DNA of 64,000 nucleotides from Candidatus Yonathbacteria bacterium (GTDB lineage Bacteria; Patescibacteriota; Minisyncoccia; Phycocordibacterales; JACNGX01): NCBI GenBank assembly GCA_013334825.1, contig JAAXWR010000002.1, positions 155,009 to 219,008 of the forward strand, read 5' to 3'. Shown piece by piece: positions 57,247 to 64,000 of this stretch (position 1 is its first letter; each line of letters starts with the position of its first letter). The notes under the pieces were generated by a model. It saw only the letters and a program-made list of their open reading frames with translations, ran no database searches and was not told where the DNA came from. The position numbers and the translations under genes were made by a program.

Positions 57247-57885
57247 ATGGAAATTATGTATACAGAAAATGATTTTAGAACATACATCAAAAACTTCTCT
57301 TGTGAAAAGGAGGAGGTAGAAGGATGTATGAAATTATTAAATAACGTTGTATCCATTATTAATGATGATATTAGTATTGTTCTGAGAGGTGTCGACTTTA
57401 ATCCAAAAGACAAGAAAAAAGAAAAACTCGAAAGTATTCTCTCAGAAATGAGGACAGTGTGTTTTTTGAATAATAAAGGATTTCAAGAAATTAAATTTAT
57501 TTCTGCAAAAAAGAATCAAAAAGAGGTAGATATCTCGGCAAAAATCAAGGAGAAAGAATTTTTTATAGAGGTAAAATGTCTTACAGAAGAATACTCTAGA
57601 CCAAAAGAACATTATGTTGATGCTTATCTCTTTGATGATAAAAAATTTTTTCGAACATTGGATACGTTAGTCTGTAAAAACCTTGAGCAACTACTTCAGT
57701 ATGAGAAAGAAAAAAGGATCTTTACTTTTGTCTTTAACAGGGCACCAGAACTTCAGTGCTGCAATAAGGAATATTACATGTTATCTGTAAAGAAGCTTTA
57801 TGAAAAATATAAAGAAGATGTAGTACATTTTATGTTCATTACGGGATATAGAGAAGAGGATTTTATTTATCCTATAATTTCTTAA
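57247..57885 (+). CDS. Hypothetical protein of 212 aa, strongly AT-rich and Lys-rich.
   Basis: ORF. It is a compositional outlier sitting between holB-like and frr. Confidence 0.4.
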   Translation: MEIMYTENDFRTYIKNFSCEKEEVEGCMKLLNNVVSIINDDISIVLRGVDFNPKDKKKEKLESILSEMRTVCFLNNKGFQEIKFISAKKNQKEVDISAKIKEKEFFIEVKCLTEEYSRPKEHYVDAYLFDDKKFFRTLDTLVCKNLEQLLQYEKEKRIFTFVFNRAPELQCCNKEYYMLSVKKLYEKYKEDVVHFMFITGYREEDFIYPIIS

Positions 57886-58039
57886 ATATATTTCAGTGTA
57901 TTAGTTTTTGAATTATAATTTCGCGTGGTTTGGTAGGGTTTCTATTTTGGATTTAGGATTTCGTATTCTGTACGATACTTCTACACATTCTATACATCGT
58001 TTTGCATCGGACACTATCTTTGGTATACTTTCATTACTT

Positions 58040-58588
58040 ATGTACAATTTTTCTGACTGTAAGGTAGCGCTCAAGGATATTGAAGAGTGGCTTGCCAAAG
58101 AGTATACCTTTATTCATACGGGTCGCGCGACTCCGGCTGTGCTTGATGGACTCAAGATAGAGTCGTATGGACAATTCCAGCCGATTAAGAATCTTGCGAC
58201 GGTAAGTGTCCAAGATGCGCGCACGCTCCTTATCTCTCCATGGGATAAGGGTGTTGTCAAAGCGATTGAAAAGGCAATCGGCGCATCTGACTTGGGACTG
58301 TCTGCCGCTGTCGGAGATAGTGGCATCAGAGTGTCTTTCCCAGAGCTTTCAGGTGAACGCCGTCAAGCACTTGCAAAAGTGGTCAAAGAAAAGATGGAAG
58401 AAGCCCGCATTTCCGTGCGCAAAGAACGTGAACGTGTGTGGAATGATATTCAAAAACAAGAAGACGACAGTGTTATTGGTAAAGATGAAAAGTTTACCCT
58501 CAAAGATGAACTTCAAAAACTTATTGATGAAACAAATAAGCGCCTAGAAGCACTTGCGGAACAGAAAGCAAAGAATATACTGGAATAG
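58040..58588 (+). CDS. frr: Ribosome recycling factor.
   Basis: About 182 aa matching RRF (..ISVQDARTLLISPWDK.., IRVSFPELSGERRQALAKVVK). The start was reset to ATG 58040. Confidence 0.9.
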   Translation: MYNFSDCKVALKDIEEWLAKEYTFIHTGRATPAVLDGLKIESYGQFQPIKNLATVSVQDARTLLISPWDKGVVKAIEKAIGASDLGLSAAVGDSGIRVSFPELSGERRQALAKVVKEKMEEARISVRKERERVWNDIQKQEDDSVIGKDEKFTLKDELQKLIDETNKRLEALAEQKAKNILE

Positions 58589-58690
58589 AAATTGAAAATT
58601 TGTTTGTTCCTCTAACCCATCACCTCTAACCTCTTTCCTACATTCCTGTCCGTCCTATAACCTACATCCTCTCACCTAATTCCTCATTTC

Positions 58691-59803
58691 ATGCCTATCA
58701 TCATCTTCATTCTCGTTCTCATCTTCCTCATTCTCGCTCATGAGTTTGGGCATTTTATCGCGGCAAAAACAACAGGTATGCGCGTTGATGAATTTGGTAT
58801 TGGCTTGCCACCCAAGATTGTTGGATGGAAACCAAAGAAAAGTGAAACGGAGTATACACTTAACTGGTTGCCATTTGGTGGCTTTGTGCGTATCTGGGGA
58901 GAAGACGCAGAAGAAGGTGTCATCACCCCAAATACTAAAGACGCGGGACGATTTTTTTCTGCTCGACCGAAATGGGCGCAGGTCGTCACACTTTTTGCGG
59001 GTGTCGGGATGAATATCGTCGTTGCGTGGGCACTACTTTCTGTCGGTTTTATGACAGGGTTGCCTATGTCAGTATCTGAAGCGCCGGCAAATGCATCAGT
59101 AACAATTCACGGCATGACGATTGTTTCTGTTCTCCCTGATTCTCCTGCTGAAAAAGCTGGGCTTCTTGCAGGAGATGTGATTCTTGCCCTTACTGACAAT
59201 ACTGAAGCTCTTCAAGAACCACAACAAGCGGAACAAGTTTCTAATTTTATTGCAACAAAGACAGGAGAGCGTATTGACGTATTACTCAAACGTGAAGGAG
59301 AAACACGCGCGCTTTCTGTTATTCCTGAGGCAGGTATTATTCCTGATCGGGGGGCAATCGGTATTTCTATGGATATGGTGGGTACTGTGCAACTTGGATT
59401 TTTCTCGGCACTTTGGTATGGTGTGCTTGCAACAGGAAATATGATTGCGGTCATTGCAGTCGGTTTTTGGACGCTTCTTTTTCAGATGGTGCAAGGTACC
59501 GCAAATCTCTCTGCTGTGTCGGGTCCTGTTGGTATCGCGGGCATGTTCTCTTCTGCCGCATCGTCTGGTATCGGTTTCGTACTTTCATTTGTTGCATTCA
59601 TCTCTGTCAATCTTGCTGTGCTCAACCTCTTGCCGTTTCCCGCGCTTGATGGAGGACGTATTCTCTTCGTGATTATTGAAGCCATCAAACGCTCACCCAT
59701 AAAACCAGTTGTTGCTAATACAGTGAATACTATTGGATTTCTTCTGCTTATCGCGCTTATGATAGCGGTAACATGGCAAGATGTGGCAAGACTCTTGGGA
59801 TAA
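58691..59803 (+). CDS. rseP: Site-2 protease RseP (M50 family) with a PDZ domain.
   Basis: HEFGH zinc motif at the N-terminus. PDZ region is IVSVLPDSPAEKAGLLAGDVIL. LDGG motif in NLLPFPALDGGRI. Confidence 0.85.
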   Translation: MPIIIFILVLIFLILAHEFGHFIAAKTTGMRVDEFGIGLPPKIVGWKPKKSETEYTLNWLPFGGFVRIWGEDAEEGVITPNTKDAGRFFSARPKWAQVVTLFAGVGMNIVVAWALLSVGFMTGLPMSVSEAPANASVTIHGMTIVSVLPDSPAEKAGLLAGDVILALTDNTEALQEPQQAEQVSNFIATKTGERIDVLLKREGETRALSVIPEAGIIPDRGAIGISMDMVGTVQLGFFSALWYGVLATGNMIAVIAVGFWTLLFQMVQGTANLSAVSGPVGIAGMFSSAASSGIGFVLSFVAFISVNLAVLNLLPFPALDGGRILFVIIEAIKRSPIKPVVANTVNTIGFLLLIALMIAVTWQDVARLLG

Positions 59804-60009
59804 AAATATTCTTGAGTATCTACAGTTCGAGTAGTATTGAGTCGTGAAATTAAACTTAACGGCATCCGTTAGTTTTAGTTTCGCGGCTCTTTTAGTACAT
59901 GCACATGTATGTGTTTGTTATGATGTTGTTATATATTTCCACGTACGTTGATTCCCGTGGAACCTTTGATATACTATACGTATAAATACTAACGAGGACA
60001 GCCTCAATT

Positions 60010-62526
60010 ATGACCCACGAATACCATAATGAACTAACACATTGCATGAATGGTACTGAAATCTGTGAACGACAGAATCAAGAGGGGATAGAATCTCACC
60101 ATGTTCTTGACGAACAAAAACGATTGGAAGAATTTCTTGCTAAAGACGAGGCATCTGAAATTATTGAGCATCTTGATCAGTTTCAATATCTTGATCATAA
60201 CTACATAGCTGAAATGATTATAAAAAGAGTCGAAGGTTCGTTCGTTGCAAAACATCTTGAGAAATTCCAAGGACTTGACCATAATGTCATTGCTGAAATG
60301 ATTATCAAAACGGGTCGGGGTTCGTCTGTTGCAGAATGCCTTGAGAAATTCCAAGGACTTGATCATCACAAGATCGCCGAAATGCTTATCAACGCGAATG
60401 GCGGTTCGTCCGTTGTAGAATATCTTGAGAAATTCCAAGGACTTGACCATAATCACATCGCTGAAATGCTTATCAAAGTGGGTCATGCTTGGTCCGTTGC
60501 AGAAAACCTTGAGAAATTCCAAGGACTTGACCATAACCACATCGCTGAAATGATTATCAAATCGGGTGGCGGTTCGTCCGTTGTAGAATACCTTGAGAGA
60601 TTCCAAGGACTTGACCATAATCACATCACTGAAATGATTATCAAAGCGGGTGGGGGTTCGTTCGTTGCAAGACACCTTGAGAAATTCCAAGGACTTGACC
60701 ATAACCACATCGCTGAAATGCTTATCAACGCGGGTGTGGGCTGGTCCATTGCAAAAAACCTTGAGAAATTCCAAGGACTTAACGCAGAAACGGCCATCTG
60801 TTTTGTTAAGCATGGGGAATATGGAGGTGTACTGGAAAATATACAAAAATTCAGTGATTTTACTTATGACTCGCTTGAAAAAGGTGTCCCCGATCAGGTT
60901 GCTCTGTACGAGCAGTCTCTTCAGGGTATAGATATCCCGATGAATACCTTTCGTAATGTAAGAGTTTTTCTGGCACTCTATGATGAGATGGTAGAAAATC
61001 CAGATCATATTAAACATCTTCTCAAAGAAAATCCCTTTCTTATTGATGCAGTCGGCAATAATGCTCGTTTCGGAACCAAGCTTCTTACTAGTTTTTCTCA
61101 ATTTGATACATTGGCGAAAGAGGAAATCTCTTCGTTATACGCATATAAAAAAGATATTCTTGCTTCATATCCACATATCGATCCTGCGTCGGCAGGGTTT
61201 CGTATCTTGATGCAGGAGCGTTTAAAAGATTTTAAGGAAAACGCTTCAACACTTGAATATCTTGCCGAGGATGGTATTGATGTTCGAAAATGGCTCGAAT
61301 ATGATGAAGAGCGATTCTTTGATCTCGGGAAGGAAGATGATGTTCCGTTTTCAGAGCAAATCAAGAGTCCAGTAAAACGTATAGATGCGTCTCTTGGTAA
61401 CTATTTTAATCGGGTAAGGGAGGTTGTACGGGAGTATAAGGACATTCTTGAACACGCCGAACTCCCTTCGGAAAAAGAGACGGAGCTTCGTGTGAATCTC
61501 GAAGATATGCGCGCCAAGCAAGTGAATGCGGAAATATCGGGTGATACGGCAAAAGTGGCGGGGATTGGAAAGGGAATTGCAAACCTTGAACGACAAATTG
61601 ACTCGCTCAAGCCATCGACGGTGTGGAATAAATTGATAGGAGATATGAATAACTTCGGTATGGTAGTGAAAGGATTGACGACTGAGTACGAAGCACTTCA
61701 GGCACTTGAAGAGTCAGCACGTATGGTAACTGATCGGAAAGAATTGATTGTATTGAAGGAAAAAATTGGGAAGGCGGAGGATGCGATTAAAGAAAAAATT
61801 GCCAAAGTGGATGATGGATTGACGGCGTTTCAGAATACGCTTGGAGAAGTGCTAGGAACGAAACTTGGTACAGATCGAAAAGATGCCGTTTTGCAAGAAA
61901 TTATGGAGACACTTGGTGAAGATTTTGATCATTATCGTACAGATTTGAGTACGGTGCGTAATCTTCTGAATGAAAGTGAATCATCTCTTGAAGGGACGCC
62001 AATGCGTCTTGCCATTGCTTCGCGTGATCCGGACGTAGATTTGTATTTGGGTAATTATTGTCCATGTTGTATTCGCATTGATAGTGATATCCACGGGGCG
62101 GAATCGCCGATCGCCGATTTTGTGACGGACCTTGGTATGCATAATATTGTCGTATATGACGAAAAACGCAAGAAACCAGTTGTCACAGCGTGGTGTTTTG
62201 CTGGATACAATGAAGGTGATGACGAGCCGTTTTTGGTGATAGACAATATTGAGGCGGACACGGATTATTCGGCATCGTTTCGCTCACAGTTGGAGAAAGA
62301 AATTAAGGACTATATTACGCGTTTTGCTGTAGCTTCCAGTATTCGTGCTGACCATATTATTCAAGGTCTGCATAATAATGATTTGGAAGCGTTTCCTCTT
62401 GACGAGATTGATTGGAAAATCGGAGGAGAGAACCGTGCGACAGGATATTATCTTGAAGCGGAACGCGATAATGAGGAAGAACATGATGGATATGATGGAG
62501 AGGATGACGAGGAAGAGGATGAATAA
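60010..62526 (+). CDS. Large 838-aa hypothetical protein. It has roughly 8 tandem 29-aa repeats at the N-terminus and a C-terminal domain containing YCPCC and an acidic tail.
   Basis: Near-identical 87-bp nucleotide repeats run from about 60185 to 60790 and encode LEKFQGLDHNHIAEMIIK.GGGS.V... The C-terminal roughly 500 aa has no recognised motif and ends EEEHDGYDGEDDEEEDE. Confidence 0.6.
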   Translation: MTHEYHNELTHCMNGTEICERQNQEGIESHHVLDEQKRLEEFLAKDEASEIIEHLDQFQYLDHNYIAEMIIKRVEGSFVAKHLEKFQGLDHNVIAEMIIKTGRGSSVAECLEKFQGLDHHKIAEMLINANGGSSVVEYLEKFQGLDHNHIAEMLIKVGHAWSVAENLEKFQGLDHNHIAEMIIKSGGGSSVVEYLERFQGLDHNHITEMIIKAGGGSFVARHLEKFQGLDHNHIAEMLINAGVGWSIAKNLEKFQGLNAETAICFVKHGEYGGVLENIQKFSDFTYDSLEKGVPDQVALYEQSLQGIDIPMNTFRNVRVFLALYDEMVENPDHIKHLLKENPFLIDAVGNNARFGTKLLTSFSQFDTLAKEEISSLYAYKKDILASYPHIDPASAGFRILMQERLKDFKENASTLEYLAEDGIDVRKWLEYDEERFFDLGKEDDVPFSEQIKSPVKRIDASLGNYFNRVREVVREYKDILEHAELPSEKETELRVNLEDMRAKQVNAEISGDTAKVAGIGKGIANLERQIDSLKPSTVWNKLIGDMNNFGMVVKGLTTEYEALQALEESARMVTDRKELIVLKEKIGKAEDAIKEKIAKVDDGLTAFQNTLGEVLGTKLGTDRKDAVLQEIMETLGEDFDHYRTDLSTVRNLLNESESSLEGTPMRLAIASRDPDVDLYLGNYCPCCIRIDSDIHGAESPIADFVTDLGMHNIVVYDEKRKKPVVTAWCFAGYNEGDDEPFLVIDNIEADTDYSASFRSQLEKEIKDYITRFAVASSIRADHIIQGLHNNDLEAFPLDEIDWKIGGENRATGYYLEAERDNEEEHDGYDGEDDEEEDE

Positions 62527-62759
62527 TCTCCTTGCGTAAAGGATCGAACGGCGGACACATGCCCGCCTTCGACAATGCGTGATTTATTTACACTTAATTC
62601 CCGTCCGTCCCTATAACCTATCACCTCTCACTTATTTCCTAATTTCGTATTCTTGATTCGAGTGTCTCGTTCCTCTAACCTCTCACCTATCTCCTATAAC
62701 CTCATATTTCAGCGCCCTTTGCCATTTGGCGGTTTTCCCGTATACTGGGGGCACTTAGT

Positions 62760-63812
62760 ATGAAATTACCTGAATTACCGTTTTTGCGCTCAAATGACAT
62801 CGGTATCGATCTGGGTACCGCAAATACCCTTGTATATCTTCGTGGACACGGGATTATTGTCAATGAGCCCTCTGTCGTCGCCTTAAACCAAAAGACAGGG
62901 CGCGTGGTTGCTGTGGGTAACGATGCCAAAGCGATGATTGGACGGACTCCTGGACATATCGTTGCAATTCGTCCTCTTGTTGATGGAGTTATTTCGGATT
63001 ATGAAGTCGCCGAAGAAATGCTCGCGTATTTTATCAATAAAGCAAATAGTATTTCAAAACGTATGGCGCGTCCGCGGGTTGTTGTGGGTGTACCTTCTGG
63101 TGTGACGAATGTACAAATTCGCGCAGTACGAGAAGCTGCCAAGACTGCTGGTGCGCGTGAAGTACATATTGTGGAAGAACCTATGGCTGCGGCAATCGGT
63201 GTGCGTTTACCTGTCCACGAACCGGTTGGTTCGATGATTATTGATGTGGGTGGTGGTACGACTGATATTGCTGTTATATCGCTCGGCGGTATTGTTACTG
63301 CACAAAGTCTGCGAGTTGCAGGGGATAAATTGAATGATGATATTGCGTCGTATATCAAAGATGAGTTCAAGATTTTGATTGGTGAACGTACGGCAGAACA
63401 TGTAAAAATTGCTATCGGTGCTGTGGAAAAGAGTGAATCAAGCCCCGAGTCGACTATTCGTGGACGTGATCTGGTGTCTGGATTACCACGTGAAGTGGTG
63501 GTTACTGAAGCAGATATCCGTGAAGCAATAGGACCTTCTGTTGCGCGTCTTGTGGAAGCAACAAAAGAAGTTCTTGAAGCGACACCACCAGAAATTCTCT
63601 CTGATGTGATGAAACGTGGTATAGTATTGTCGGGAGGTGGCGCACTTATTACTGGATTTGCTGATTTACTCCGAAAAGAACTTGAGTTGCCCATTCATGT
63701 TGCACCTGACCCTTTGACGTGTGTTGTACGTGGCACAGGTATTATCCTTGAAGATATTGATACCTATAAAGATATTCTCATTGAAAATGAACAAGACTTA
63801 CCGCCGAAATGA
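62760..63812 (+). CDS. mreB: Actin homolog MreB, paralog 2.
   Basis: IGIDLGTANTLVYL.., DVGGGTTDIAVISLGGIV. Confidence 0.9.
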   Translation: MKLPELPFLRSNDIGIDLGTANTLVYLRGHGIIVNEPSVVALNQKTGRVVAVGNDAKAMIGRTPGHIVAIRPLVDGVISDYEVAEEMLAYFINKANSISKRMARPRVVVGVPSGVTNVQIRAVREAAKTAGAREVHIVEEPMAAAIGVRLPVHEPVGSMIIDVGGGTTDIAVISLGGIVTAQSLRVAGDKLNDDIASYIKDEFKILIGERTAEHVKIAIGAVEKSESSPESTIRGRDLVSGLPREVVVTEADIREAIGPSVARLVEATKEVLEATPPEILSDVMKRGIVLSGGGALITGFADLLRKELELPIHVAPDPLTCVVRGTGIILEDIDTYKDILIENEQDLPPK

Positions 63813-63846
63813 ACAGAGTAAGAAACATCTCATTATTGGAGGTGCT

Positions 63847-64000
63847 ATGTTTGCATCGTTTGTTTTGATTGCTACTGTTGTACGAATATTTCTCCCATCG
63901 CTTTCTGATCTCGCATCACGTATTGCGACACCTGTATGGACAGCAGGAGAACATGCGTCACTCGTTGCTTCTCTCGGTAGTGTGGGAGGGTGGGGAGGAG
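63847..64000 (+). CDS. Partial CDS (5' end only), possibly MreC.
   Basis: GGAGG sits 5 nt upstream of the ATG. The N-terminal transmembrane segment is MFASFVLIATVV. It lies directly downstream of mreB and is truncated by the window edge. Confidence 0.3.
   Translation, partial: MFASFVLIATVVRIFLPSLSDLASRIATPVWTAGEHASLVASLGSVGGWGG

Overview
This looks like a bacterial chromosomal segment of about 45% GC, tightly packed with short genes, many of which lack a Shine-Dalgarno. It may come from a small-genome lineage such as Patescibacteria, but that is a low-confidence guess. Housekeeping genes recognised from motifs are nrdJ (class II RNR with an ATP-cone), murJ, lepA, valS, tsaD, proS, trxB, ftsA-ftsZ, ybeY, rpsU, hpf, frr, rseP, priA, two mreB paralogs, a short holB-like gene, an M16 peptidase pair, malic enzyme, a cyclophilin, Hsp20, a PrsW-like protease, a GH18/peptidoglycan-binding protein, NUDIX, HIT, an SDR, a methyltransferase and a DinJ-YafQ toxin-antitoxin pair. 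Seven tRNA genes were found by eye: Ser-GGA, Gly-CCC, Arg-CCT, Phe-GAA, Ser-CGA, Glu-TTC and Val-GAC. The unusual part is non-coding. Nearly every tRNA gene is followed by a 130-400 bp composite of shared structured modules, which carry extra direct and inverted copies of that tRNA's own 3' end. In several loci the inverted copy is split by a short hairpin with a conserved CTGC loop. Related elements occur away from tRNAs: three roughly 95-bp copies of a Ser-tRNA-3'-like element, each ending in a terminator-like hairpin. Several single-gene cassettes sit beside tRNA-Ser genes and are bounded by 31-146 bp direct repeats (for example 565-4873 and 35788-37742, the latter containing a nucleotidyltransferase-domain gene). 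Other repeat families are a roughly 90-bp CACGTGG-rich palindromic element (3 copies), pervasive CT-rich motif blocks upstream of genes, and a GC-rich, ORF-poor 0.6 kb segment at 40850-41480. No integrase, transposase, CRISPR array or rRNA was seen.
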